A stretch of DNA of 63,576 nt, counting the filler, from Reticulomyxa filosa (lineage: Eukaryota; Protista; Foraminifera), in the NCBI GenBank assembly GCA_000512085.1. It is 22 parts of 22 records of this genome, joined end to end, with 100 filler letters (N's around TTAATTAATTAA, not from the genome) between each part and the next. Parts side by side here need not be neighbours in the genome. Positions count along the whole stretch, not along the records: positions 39,603 to 43,343 come from ASPP01019304.1; positions 43,444 to 44,954 come from ASPP01012053.1; positions 45,055 to 46,607 come from ASPP01037769.1; positions 46,708 to 48,272 come from ASPP01032411.1; positions 48,373 to 54,936 come from ASPP01039857.1; 17 more parts are not named here. One strand, given 5' to 3'. The notes under the pieces were generated by a model. The model saw nothing but the letters and a program-made list of their open reading frames with translations, did no database searches and was not told where the DNA came from. Shown here piece by piece: positions 40,257 through 53,060 of this stretch. Position numbers and translations under genes: made by a program. Within the stretch, counting starts at the first letter, position 1. Each line of letters opens with the position of its first letter.

Positions 40257-41012
40257 CGTAAAGTTTCTTTTTCGTTGTAATTGCTTTCGTGTAGAACACA
40301 TTGGTAGCTTCACATGATTAACTTTTTTTTCTCTATTTCCCACTCCTTCTCTCCCCTTCTCTTTCTTCTTTTTTCTTCTTTTGTTTTCTGTCTTAAAAAC
40401 CAATATTTGACTTTTTTTTTTGTATTCTGTTGGGTACGTCGCAGCAAATAATATCGTTCTCAATATTCTTTTCTTACAACTTGTGAAACAACAGCACGTT
40501 GAGCTGTTTCAACACATTTTTTAAACTATGAAGTGCTGAAACTCGAAAGGCAATACAAGTAATATCTTAATAAAAATGACAGAAACGAAAAACAAACACA
40601 AAAAATAAAGTTCAAATTAGTTATGTCAGTCAACACAAGTGTAAATAATTTAGTGCTCACAATAAATAATATAAAATCAAATAATATATACAAAATTTAA
40701 AAAATTAGATTTTACAAGTCATCAAACATTGATGAACAAATAAAAAAAACTTAAAAGCAACATATTCAAAATTTAAAAAACACAAAACCAAAACTAACAA
40801 TAATGATACTTGCAATGACCACAAATTTTCAAATTAAAAAAAAAGAAAAAAAGGCAAAAACTATACTTTTTTTTTTTGCTTTTTTTGATCCAGTTCGAAA
40901 ATTTAGCTATACAATATTAAAAAAGTTCATTAACGATTCCCTTAATGAATATATATACAGTATATATAAAGAAAAACTTTTTGTCGAGCCATACAAACTT
41001 TGAACCTACAAG

Positions 41013-43343
41013 ATGTATACTATGGAGAATTTGTCACAGTCAACTAAAACCGCTCGCAATCGCTATCCCAACAAAGAACTAACTATAATTTGTAACATAA
41101 ACTCATTTAGTTGTACGTACTGTTTAGCAACGTTTATATCTAGATTCTTATTGGGAAAGCACATGTGGAATTTTACAAAAGGCACATTACAAAGAAAAAG
41201 GTACATTGGAAATGAATTAACTAAAATTTGGATTCAAGCAAAAATACTTGTAGGTTTTCCTCTTGAAAATGTAAAAAGAGACTTCACAAAGTATATTGGA
41301 AATGATAATTACCTCAATATCATTTGGAAAATGGGACTCACTTGAAAGTATTAGTATCAAAGTAAATCATGAGGTAAGTACTGAAACATTTGGGATAAGA
41401 ATTCCACAAGAAGGAGACCAAAATGAAACAGACCAAAATGAAATGAAATAGAACGAAATGACAAGAATGATTACAATGGGGGCACTAAAAAGGTAATGAA
41501 AAGGAAAAGACCAGAAAATAGCTTCTAACCAGCAAGTGCATCTCAAAATAGTAAAATTAAAACGCAACCAAGGAAAAAAAAATAAAAAATAAAAAATAGT
41601 AATAGTAGAAAAAATAGTATGGTGAAAGATATCGATAATGAATTAGACGAAAAACAGCAATCTGAATCAGAAAGTGCAAGCACAATTACTGACGACTAGA
41701 ATGAATCGCAAAAGGAAAACAAAAACAACTGAATACGAAACAAGATGACAATACGGAAATCGAAAAATAATTGATGCGATGAAAAAGGAAAATGGCAACC
41801 TACGTACACAAATGGAAAAATTATAGAACAATTACAACCAGTTGATTCAAAAAATGCAAAATGAAAAGATGAAATCAAGAAACAAAATAGTTTGTTGAAG
41901 GAAAAAGAAAAATAAAAGATATAGATGATACAACAAATAAAGAAATAAAAGAACAAAAATATGATAATGTTGTAACTAGTAATAGTAGAAATACAAATCA
42001 AAAGAATGATGCGCCATTGATGAAACAATCACTGAACATGGAAGCGAAGGTAGTATTGTTCGGCTGGATATTTAATAATTATTTGAGTTTTTCTGATATA
42101 ATTGATATGGCGACTTCGTGGTGAATATAAAAACGGGACCTTGGGAAAATTAAATTCCATACGTATATCAATAGAACCAGTAGATATATCACTGGAGGTA
42201 AAAAACAAAACGACAGCAGCAAACGTAGTTGAAAATGCAAGAAAGGCAATAGAAAATAGAAATGTAAAAGGTGTAGTTTGTGCGGACATATATAATGAAG
42301 AAAGACCAAAGAATACAAAACAAATTGAAAAACAACTTCTTCCAAAATTGAATAACCAAATTAACGGATATAAGAGATGGAGCAATGATAGACGATTTGG
42401 ACATTACCAACCAAGAAGGATAAACCAATACATGAACAGCTCACAAAAAAGACACGAGTATATAATAATGTAAATGGATACCAATACCAATATACAAGAC
42501 AAAGAAATAATTTATCAAATGTATATCAATCGAAAACTTGTAAATAAGATGATCAAGAAAAAGTTAATAATGATCAGGTTAGAAATAATAGAAACCAAAA
42601 TATATACATAAACCGAAGTAATAATAATAATAATAATAATATAAGAAATGAAGATGACGAAATGACAGATCAAAGATCGAACTGACGATGTGTTGACATA
42701 GCTCAACTATTGTCAACAAATAATATCTATCTAAATATTGTAAATAACTCTGAAGCAAGTAACTAGTTTATCCAACTTGTACACATGGATTCAAATTATT
42801 TAAGGAAAGGGGATGGTGATGTGGATAATATCATGTATAATGTGGAAGATTATCATGGTTATCATACAATATAAATCATAATTATAATAAAAATACAATA
42901 GTAGAAAGTATAAACAAAATAAAGTGTAACGTGTTATTTTTAAATATGATAGATTGCTTCAATACAAAATTCAAAAAACAATCTGCATTCTGCAAATTCA
43001 TCGAAAACGAATTCACGGATTTTCTAGGATGCTGTGAGACAAATAATACAAAATAATATAGCAACGTAAAATAAATGATGCAGTAATAACATATCAGATG
43101 CCATATATGAAAGATACAGTAAGAAACCAATTAGTAACGGAATGTACACAATAGCCCACAAAAAATGGATATCAATAGCTAATCATAATCAATTTGCAAC
43201 AAACAATGTCATGATGATAATAATCCATAAATATAGTTTAATAATAACATTTATATATGCTCCACCTAATGACGATACAGTAGGTTGCAAAAAAAACTGA
43301 GTTTTCTATGCAATTTACTGCAGCGATTCAATAAATTGTAATA
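41013..43343 (+). mobile_element. Highly degraded non-LTR retrotransposon-like region (C2H2-like finger, ORF1-like segment, start of an APE-like endonuclease)
   Basis: FSCTYCLATFISRFLLGKH at about 41106-41165. A-rich coding strand with many stops. TFIYAPPNDD at about 43247-43275 resembles the APE IYAPP motif. Confidence 0.4.
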
Positions 43344-43497
43344 NNNNNNNNNNNNNNNNNNNNNNNNNNNNNNNNNNNNNNNNNNNNTTAATTAATTAAN
43401 NNNNNNNNNNNNNNNNNNNNNNNNNNNNNNNNNNNNNNNNNNNGGGGGGGGGGGTGGAAAAAAAAAAAAAGGGGGGATCACTTTTTTTTTTTTTTTT

Positions 43498-44016
43498 ATA
43501 CCTGCGGAGGTATATAATCCAAATTCATATCCTTCATTGTGCAACCAGTTTGTCAAGTATTCGATGCCATTGGGGAAACGGTTGACATCAGGTCGAATTT
43601 GTCCTGTTTGCAAATTGCGTGTTTCTCCTTCCCAACAGTCGTCCAAATTAAGGTGCTTGTATCCTGCTGCGTACATCCCATTGCTTTTCATTGCCATTGC
43701 CACTTCCATTACTTCTTTTTCACTACACACATCCGAACCACACATCCAATCACCTTTCCCCCCCCCCACCACCACTCAAAGTTGATAGTGTTCATTCCTT
43801 TCACTTTTTTTTTTTTTTGAACGTTCTTATTAACTGCACCACGTATTCCATCCCTTTTTTTATTTTGTTGTGTTTTTTTTGAACTTTTTTGAGGAGGTCG
43901 CCTTTTCCTTGAACAAAAGTTACCATTGCTGGAAATAACCCTTTTCCATTATTATAGCCATGGCAACACACAAAAAGCACCCAATAAAAGGAAGATGCAA
44001 CCACTGGAAGTTTCAT
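43498..44016 (-). CDS. Alpha-galactosidase / alpha-N-acetylgalactosaminidase (GH27), secreted; 5' part only
   Basis: Signal peptide followed by YNNGKGLFPAM|GWNTWC, GYKHLNLDDCW, RFPNGI and GYEFGLYTSAG, with GT-AG introns. Confidence 0.92.
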
Positions 44017-44573
44017 TATTGATGATATCTTCTTCAAAACCCAAAGTTCCTTGGTTCCGTGAACCAATTGGCTACATTAAAAAGTCCCCCTTTATTCTGT
44101 TGCTTCGTGTTAGGCTAACTCACGACGTCGAAAAGATAATTTTTAACTAAATTGAGGGAGGTGTCACAAGTTAAAAATGGAATGCTAATAAAACAAAACT
44201 GAAAGAATTGACAAATTTGTCATCTTTGGTATACAAATATTTTATTATTTTTTTTGATCAGATTAAAAAAAAATAAAGCTGGTCAACATAAATATTGCAT
44301 TTTTTTTTAATAGCATAGATTAAAAAATAACTGCTGAAGGCAGCACATTTAAATGAAAAAAACATTTGGCAGCAAGTTTGTCAAAACATAGAAATGTTAA
44401 GTTCGCATTTAATATTCGAACTGAGCATTGAAGATTAGTTGGATCTATTCTTATTCTGACTGAATTAATCACATATCATATACAAGAAATACAAGAAATA
44501 AGTAAAAGATAAACAGCTTTTTGATTAAGTAACTTGAAATAAAGGTTAATATTAAAAAACTCAGTTAAAAGAT

Positions 44574-44867
44574 ATGAAAGCACATGGCCCCTCAAAAACA
44601 GGCAAAGACTCAAAAAAACAAGAACAGGGTGAATTAAGTTCGAAAAGTGTTTCTAAATTTAATGCAAAGAGTCAGAGTTTGAGTTCATTAAAGAGACAAC
44701 GTAAGAAGCAACGACAGTTGAAGGAGACGAAGAAAAACGAGGTAGTTAACAATAGAAAAGTTCCGAGATCGATTATTGTAACCAGAGGTCAAGTTACCAA
44801 ACATTGTAAGCAATTGAAAGATGACTTACGAACAATGTTTAATCCATACACTGCGATCAACTTGCAG
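44574..44867 (+). CDS. PPAN: Peter Pan / Ssf1 Brix-domain ribosome biogenesis protein, first exon
   Basis: Basic N-terminus, then VPRSIIVTRGQVTKHCKQLKDDLRTMFNPYTAINLQ|gtgtg (cf. PHSFVFTRG...QLSLDVRRVMEPLTASRLQ). Confidence 0.8.
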
Positions 44868-45054
44868 GTGTGTTTTTAATATTTGTCGCAATAGCGCAAA
44901 AAAAAAAAATTCTCTTTTTTTTTTTTTTTAAAAAAAAAAAAAGTAATTAAAAATNNNNNNNNNNNNNNNNNNNNNNNNNNNNNNNNNNNNNNNNNNNNTT
45001 AATTAATTAANNNNNNNNNNNNNNNNNNNNNNNNNNNNNNNNNNNNNNNNNNNN

Positions 45055-45203
45055 GTTTATTGTTTTTACAAACTACTTATAAAAGTGTAAACGTATATTC
45101 AGTAAACCAAAAAAAATAATCACAATTTGCTACTAAAATTTTCGTTAGAAACACAAAAAGTTCATATTTTAGGGGTGGCTAATTTTTTTTTGTCGTAACT
45201 GTA
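45055..45203 (-). mobile_element. Tc1/mariner-like terminal inverted repeat with TA target site
   Basis: The minus strand from 45203 reads TA|CAGTTACGACAAAAAAAAATTAGCCACCCC, the typical Tc1-family TIR start (CAGT...AAAA...CACCCC). The other end lies outside the contig. Confidence 0.5.
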
Positions 45204-45229
45204 TAAAGCATGTTGTACGCTGCCAAGCC

Positions 45230-46607
45230 GGAACGGATTCCTTTACCAAAAGGAGTTTCCATTTCGATGCTCACAGACACAATTCGTCCAAGCTTGTATG
45301 TAATGACTCCATTTCCTTATCATCGCTCGTGAATATGGAAGTCCACAATGCGACATCATCGACGAACCGGTGGGACTCCAGTCTCGAATAACCTGACATA
45401 CTATCTCTATCGAGCCACCAATATAATCTTCCATTGATGTTGAATTCTCATATTCTCTTGACATTTCCACAATAGAGGAGATTTAATCTTCAACGAGCTG
45501 ATAAAATTCATTCGTTTCTTCTGTGTGACTTGGAGGCTGTGGAGGTTGTGCAAACCATGATACCAATAACTCTGCTTTATCCAAATCTGTTTTAGCTATT
45601 TCATTGTTATCAGGATAGATCAGAGCTAAGATGATGGATATCTTGTTCGTGCTCACCATTCGAGTTTCCTTCTTTCATCGATTATATATTTTTAATCATG
45701 TACTCCTGCTTTTCTAGTCTCAATTTCCTTCTCAAGGCAGCGCTTCTTGCTTGTATCTTTTGTGATTATCTTGAGTGCGACCCCTTCGAAATATCCCTTC
45801 AATTGATGGACTTTCTTGCGTTTCCTGTGCAGTGAATCGCTCCACCAAGGTTTGCTTCCTTTGTAAATCACTTTGGTTCCGATTGTGGCTTTTTCAACAT
45901 CTACAACGAATTCTGTCCATTGTTCGACTGCTATATCCAACATGTGTGGGTCATTAGAGATATATTTTGTCGCCATTCTTGGAAGTGCTTGTAATGGACA
46001 CTGGTCTTTTGGATGTTACGATAAAAGCTGCAGGACATTATCGACTTTTTCTGTACTGGGCAGCTATTTCCACCCAACACGACTCATACACCAAGACTTG
46101 GAACTTATCGGATTGCGACAATATGTTTCTCTGGGTTGCATGGAGATCACTTCTTATTTCTCACCAGAATTGATTGTACATATTCTGGAGCTGTTGATTT
46201 CTGATAACCCTATTCTTCGATCTGAAACACTCCTGAAGGAGACGGATATGTGGTTGAACTGCGTGGAGGTTCTACTACAGCAGGTGAGCTTTCGAATCGA
46301 AGCCGTTGATATTATTCTGAAAAATAATCAACTCGTTTATTGATCATTTTCTATGTTTCTGGTTCCTTTGTTATTGTACTCGTCGTCGTAATTGTCCTGG
46401 GAATAATGCTGATTAGGAATCTTTGCTCTTTCTTTGCGTGTTGATGCATTTGTGTTTGCATCTTGGGCACGCTCTCCTTCTGCAAAATTATGATTCTTTT
46501 GCCTTTCTCGACCAATCTCTGTTCTTTCCATTCAATAACTTTCTTGTCACGTCTTGACAGATGGATTCCAATCTTTGACATTGTTTTCTGGATGATAGGA
46601 CATAAAA
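45230..46607 (-). mobile_element. Degraded non-LTR (LINE) retrotransposon ORF2 fragment (endonuclease-to-RT linker region)
   Basis: WTEFVVDVEKATIG...SKPWWSDSLHRKRKKV and TDLDKAELLVSWFAQPPQPP are typical of LINE ORF2 upstream of RT. Many stops and frameshifts. Confidence 0.65.
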
Positions 46608-49412
46608 NNNNNNNNNNNNNNNNNNNNNNNNNNNNNNNNNNNNNNNNNNNNTTAATTAATTAANNNNNNNNNNNNNNNNNNNNNNNNNNNNNNNNNNNNN
46701 NNNNNNNAATAATGAAAAAACAATTAAAATAAAAAGTAATAATATTCAAGATAGTATCGATCTATAACTATCTAAAATTGTATTCAATGGAATATACAAA
46801 GAGACTATGAACAAATGAAATAATCAAACAAAATGACAAGACATAATTGGAGAAAGAAACAAATTAAATTCAAACAAAATAAATTTCACTTAATGTACTT
46901 AATTTTGTGAATTCAGTATTGCAGTGATCAGACTATTTTCAACGTCTTCAAGTTCTAGAAGTGGATTTTGAAACGAGTTATATCGCTAATACAGTACTCA
47001 TTAAGTTGTTATGGTTAAATATATTTCATTAGCAGGGGGACTATACCCAGTCACAAGAAACATTAACTTATTTGAGAATTTCCGTTTTTATCAATCTGTT
47101 CTTTGCATTTGAAAAATGCTGTCCTGAATTAGATTAAAATATTTTTGAACAATCACCAATAACTTAAAAAAAAATGCAGTCGAAGTAATTTTACAAATAT
47201 TCAAAAATATGACTGATATAATATATTAATTAAAATTCATTGTAATATCGAATCAATCATTAACTAAAAATATATACGAGACAATGACGAACATTAAACA
47301 AAAAATACGTAGATATGAGATAATACCAAATCTAAAACTACTATAAGTAAATAATGACATAGTAGAAACGAACTAAAAAAACCCAAACTTCAAACAAAAC
47401 ATTCTCAAATGCAAATAATTACTTATTAAACCCTTAAACTACTAGAATAATAAAGACGATGAAATCAATTTCAATAACATGGAAATTTAGTGCAAAGATT
47501 TGTAGTAATTTCCTATGTTCACAATGTACTATCTAAGACAATTTCAGGAAAAGACAGTAAATAACAAATCTAATGTCGATGAAATATTATATTTGCAACA
47601 TGAATTAGCATAGATGAAAGTAGTATTCCAATAAATACAATCATTATTGCAGTCTATAAATCCAATGCTGACTCAAATGTGAATTGGAAATTGTTCAAGT
47701 GATGAAATTAACATTCAAAACACTGACATTGATGAAGATCTAAATAATATAAACGAATTACAAGCATAAAATATTATAGCAAAATCTTCACTGCAATCAA
47801 TTACATATTTATTTATTATAAAAAGATTTAGATTAAAAAAAATGTATTTAGTATATGTATGTTATAATTTTAAAGTTTATTATTTAGATTTGTTGAAGGA
47901 AATATCTCAATCGTTGTCAGAATATATCGTGAATATAGCAAGGTAAAGATCTAGAATTAATATATCATGTAAATAAATTCAGTAAACCATGATAAAGTAA
48001 TTATTGAATACTATTAAATCAATTATACATCCAATCATATTGACAGTATTTTGATCCAATCTCCCTCCAACGATTATATGTTCTGTTATTTTATAACAAA
48101 TTGTAATTCTTTCTCAAATGCTTGAATGTTAAGTTTTTGTTATATGTCTTTCAGTTTTGTTGACACATGATTAACAATGTTAAAAGTGATTTAAATTAAT
48201 CATAATAAACACATGAACTACAGTATGTTGCAAAGAAAACTGAACTCCTAAAACATATCTTATGGTGATAATNNNNNNNNNNNNNNNNNNNNNNNNNNNN
48301 NNNNNNNNNNNNNNNNTTAATTAATTAANNNNNNNNNNNNNNNNNNNNNNNNNNNNNNNNNNNNNNNNNNNNATCTCTTGCATTTATTTGAAAAGTTCTT
48401 TATTTTCCTTTTTCCTTATAGGTTTGAAAAATGTAATGTTTAAAAAAACTATCTTACCAAACAAAAAAGTTTGAAATTAATTATACTGACTAATATTAAA
48501 GTATTTAACGCACAATAAACATAAAAAAGTAAAAATCATTGTGGGGAAGCACTGTGATAAGTTTACAAAGGGATGAGATTAGTCAAGTGGTTGGAAACTG
48601 AGAAGTGTGAAACTGCAAAGGATATACAAAGGGAATTGGAAAAAACTGATATCATATCAATGTATCGCGCAATAGTAACTAAAAAAATTCTTTACAGTTT
48701 GATAGAGATGTAATAAAAAAAATTTTGTTAAAAAAAAGGCATACTGTAAAAGCCACCTAAAAAAATTGAATGTACTCCTTTCATATGCAATCACAATTAT
48801 CAAATTTGTACCAAAAAATGACAGCAATTATCATACAAATAAAAAAAAATCTATTTAAGTTCACTAACCATCCGATTATAATGATATTGCAATTCGTTAT
48901 AATGTCTAAACAATCTAATTTTAAAAAAAAGCAAATGAAGGGAAAAGCGAAAAAGAAAAAGTAAAATAAGGCGGCGCATTAGGAACATCGTGGCGCCGCC
49001 CAATTTAACTCTTTCTTTTTGCTTTTGTTTCATTTGCTTTTTTTTAGCTTTCCAACGGTGTGTTTGGTTTGTTTCTACGACAAATAGAAATGAAGAAATC
49101 TCGAATGAAATGCTTCCAGAGCAAATCTAGAGCAAATGAAGACTTTTGCTACTAGCTTTGGATAATGCTGTCCTAACTTGAAAATATGTGCAAACTGATT
49201 GTACGATACCTAATTCGAGTACGTAGAATACGAATCTATGATTATTTTTTGTTAATATGATGGAGGGGCCCACATGCTGAACTTTTTGATCAACTATAAA
49301 TAATTTAGTTCAACTAAAATTGAATGTATGTGTATAAAAAATCTAGATAATTTTAGCAACGAAGGCATGAAAAAGCGAGCAAGTAACAATCAATGAAACC
49401 AAGAGATCTTCT

Positions 49413-51842
49413 TTATTGATTTCGCCAGTTTGCTGGGGTCCATGCGAGACCACATTTTGTCAATAGCCCAGGAGAAAGTTTTTGTTTTACAAAGGCGGCG
49501 AGTGCATTGGGATCAAAGGATAAATGAGCGACACCCCTCAAGCTAGTAGTGGTATGGGTGGAGGCAGTTGGCGAGATAATGAGAGCGGAAGCAGAGGAGA
49601 AGGTAGCAGCAATAGTGGTGATCGTCAGAGACTTTTTGCCTGAGAGTTCGTGATCGATGTCGGAGCCAGTGCTCAAGTTTTCACTGGCATTTGAAGACAG
49701 ATCGTGTTGTCTTGTCGTCTTTGGCGTGGCGAAGGTAACACTGGCCATTGGACTCGTCGTCGTTGTAGGGGTTTCGACTTCATTATCCGTTTCGGCACTT
49801 ATTCTAACCTCCACATCGTCTGTCTCAGTCTCCGTGTCGTTGGCCGTTTCGCTTCCATTGGTTTGCGTATCTTCATTATCATTATCATCATCATTATCGT
49901 CTTGTTCATGCTTATTTTCGGCAACGCTGTCCAAAAGCGACGCCTGCGAGGCATTAGCAGCACTGATGGCATGTGGGTCGACTGTGGTTTGTCGTATGGC
50001 CGAGTACTCGGTGTCGCTGTGTTGCCATCGTCTTTGATTGCGTAAAGGCCAGCCAAGCGCAACAAGCGGACAAAAAAGCTGCCAGTCAAGTCGTCTGTCA
50101 ACCATTGCAGCAATATCTTGTTATTCGTGTGTTGCGGACTCTTGTCAAACTCCTGCTGGATCTCGCCCATGTCCATTTCGCTTCGCAGACCAATACGAGC
50201 GTCAACATATACGCTTTGTATACAACCCCTTTCATTGAATCTATCAACTTTTTTTTTTTGTATTTTTATGTTTGCAATTTTGCAAAACTTAGATAACAAC
50301 TTACAAAAAAGAGAATGCAACTACAAAAAAAAAAAAATTGAACTTTTTACTACACCCCCCCCCTTTTTTTTTATTGAATAAAAAAAACGTCAATGCAAAA
50401 TATTCAAAGCGATTCAAAGCCATTTGGAAAATAGTTTCTGCAGCTAAAAATGAATTGTTGCCTAACACTTTTTGAGCAACTGATATCAATCTTTTTTTTT
50501 TGACATTTCAAATGTTATCCTCCCCTTTTTTTTTAAATAAATAAATAAAAAAATTGGTTTGTGACTTAACGTAAGTTCAGACATGGTAGCATACAGTTCA
50601 GACGTTTTTTGAATGTGATATAGACTCTTGGTGACAAAGAACACTTCCCACACGTGGGGCGTTGCAAGTTCGTTATCGATGTCATCAATGCTATTAGTTC
50701 TTTTTTCAACTTCTTCAAGTCACCCTTTTTGTCTTTTTTTTTTCAACCGATCCATCTCATTGTCCGTCTTTTTTTTTAAAAATTTTTTTGCAAAAAAAAA
50801 AAATGTACGTATTTAAAAAAATTTTTTTTTTTAACGAAAAATTATGTCTGCAAAGAGTTGAGCAGCAAAGTCAGCATCGAAGTGAGTGTTTAAAACAACA
50901 GTTGGCGAAGTAGTCAATTGCTAATCTCACGTTTACTTATGTTTATTGACCTTTTCTTTTTCTTCTTCTTTTCATGTCCCTTTTCTTCTTTGGGTTTTTT
51001 GGCTTCTTCCGCCGCCAAAGGGGACAAGGAAGAGGATGAAGAAGAAGGAAGGAGAATTTGCTGATTGAGCAGACTCATTCGCGACGCGGATATGGACGGA
51101 TCGAACCTGCACAACGCCAACAGCATTTTGCATACTCCCCGAAAGTATCGTCTCGCAGCCATTGCACCAGCGTTTTGCCTTCGCCAAATTTCGCATTTAA
51201 CGTTGTTATTATATCGCGCAGGTCAATCTCACTGCGTCCAACCACACATCGCACTAGCAAGTCATCTCTCGTTCATAAACCTTTCATTGATTTCTTGAGC
51301 TGTTTTTTTTTCATTGGGGGGAGATATTTGTTTTGATTTGTTTTTATAAGTATACTTTATAAACAAGCACAATAACAAAAATACTTTACTTATTAAAAAA
51401 AATTTATATATTTATATATATTGTATAATGTTTTTAATTATACATAACATTGGACGCCCAATAAGCGTGTCGACTTTGAGCAATGTCAATGATGACATGA
51501 AGCACAGCGGCCAAACGACTACCGACTTTTTTCAATGACAGCGTTTGCGTTGCGTTTGGAGACTTTGTTGAACTCGACCAAGACTTGATCGATATGTCCC
51601 CAGCTGCGTTTGGAAAACAGATCAATGATGTTGGTGATGCTTTGGTCTCTCTTTGAATCTGTCAGTAACTCGTCCTTCAATATCTCACTATCGCTTCGTA
51701 CATTGATCTCATTTACTTTGTGTGGGTCCTCTTCCACACGTATCACGTGCAGCGTATTTTCCACAATTCGATAGTAGTCTTCGTCCACCTTCTTCAGCTT
51801 GCTTCCCACCGCTTCCACGACGTCTTTGTCGAGGTATCCCAA
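49413..51842 (-). pseudogene. Annexin-family gene with more than one annexin core and an acidic S/T tail; in-frame TGA and frameshifts
   Basis: LKKSMKGL*TRDDLLVRCVVGRSEIDLRDI...KTLVQWLRDDTFGEY(fs)MLLALC is annexin repeat IV. IIDLFSKRSWGHIDQVLVEF is repeat III-like. A second repeat-IV-like block reads RSEMDMGEIQQEF...LLQWLTDDLTGSFFVRLL. Confidence 0.75.
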
Positions 51843-52559
51843 AAAATTAAATTTACTAATTCACAAATTGCTATGGAATATTATTGACAAAAAATAGAAA
51901 CGCCGGTCGATAGCACAAAAAGAGAAAAGTGACATATTTATCACGTACTGACAACCATGATATGACCACGCAAGAAAATGTCTAAAAAAAAAAACATTTT
52001 AAAAGGGTACAGTTCCATATACAATGCATATGATAAAAACAAGTAAACTTTTCCAAGATTTTAGTAACTAAGCAAAATTATTTCTAATTGTAAAAAAAAT
52101 ACACAATCTTTTGCATTTCGAAACCTAAACTAATTGACTACTGACAATGTTACACAAGGTGCTGCTACAATAAATCTTTATCAAGTTAAATAAAGGTAAC
52201 ATTTCATATCACCAAGAATAATGTAATCGAAAAGTTAATTGCGATTTGTGTTACACGGATAATTGTCCTTTTAGCAAATCATATTGAAAAAGAAACTTGA
52301 ATATATCAAAATTTCTCAATGAACACTTTGTAATAAAACAAAAAATCTCAAAAATTTGATGTTATCTTTCTGCTTCATCTTTGCCTATAAAATAACATTT
52401 TTACGATTTAAATTGTTATGTACTTTATTTAAACATTGCATACTTGAAATAAAGACAAAAGTTATCTTATACTCAAAGTATTTTCCAATTTGTTTTGTTC
52501 AATTGTGTTTGGACATGGAAATTTCCCTTGACTGGAAATTTTTTTTAAAAAAATCAATT

Positions 52560-53060
52560 TTAAAAAATGAGATCAAATGAAAAAATTATTGAAATTGTTT
52601 TGCAAATTGGCTTAAAATGTTGCAAACCAACTTTGGATGGATTCATGAGTTTGACAAACTTGTTGTTAATTATGTTAGTTCATTTGTTCTTTCTTTTTTT
52701 TTTAGTACTAACCAAAATATTCAAATGTTTATTTAATAGAGTTAGGTACTGTCTTCGAGTTTGAAATATTTCGTTCATCGTCCAACTTAATTAATACATT
52801 AACTGGACATAAAAGAACGGTATATAGCATTGATTATTCAACATTTGACGGTTGTAATCTCATTTGTTCTGGGTCAGTGATAGAACAGTTCGTGTATGGG
52901 ATATTGACAACAATAAGCAAATTCAATCATTTGATGGACATTCAGCTGAAGTTTATGTGTAAAATTTTTATTATATCATTATCACAAGTATAATCAAAGT
53001 GTCATTTGTTTTTCATCAGATGACAGAACCATTCGTTTTTGGAATTTCAAAAATAAAAAA
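52560..53060 (+). pseudogene. WD40-repeat pseudogene with an N-terminal W...GWI..F..LV.NY module
   Basis: IEIVLQ(fs)WLKMLQTNFGWIHEFDKLVVNY, intron, then FRSSSNLINTLTGHKRTVYSIDYSTFDGCNLICSGS(fs)DRTVRVWDIDNNKQIQSFDGH. Multiple frameshifts. Confidence 0.75.

Noticed and set aside
46708-48272. AT-rich contig as a gene or element
   Set aside because: No ORF of 60 aa or more, no repeats and no motifs recognised.
51273-51275. TGA reassignment (alternative genetic code or selenocysteine)
   Set aside because: Single case at a Gly position in a gene with other lesions. Conserved Trp is encoded by TGG elsewhere and TGA ends other genes normally.
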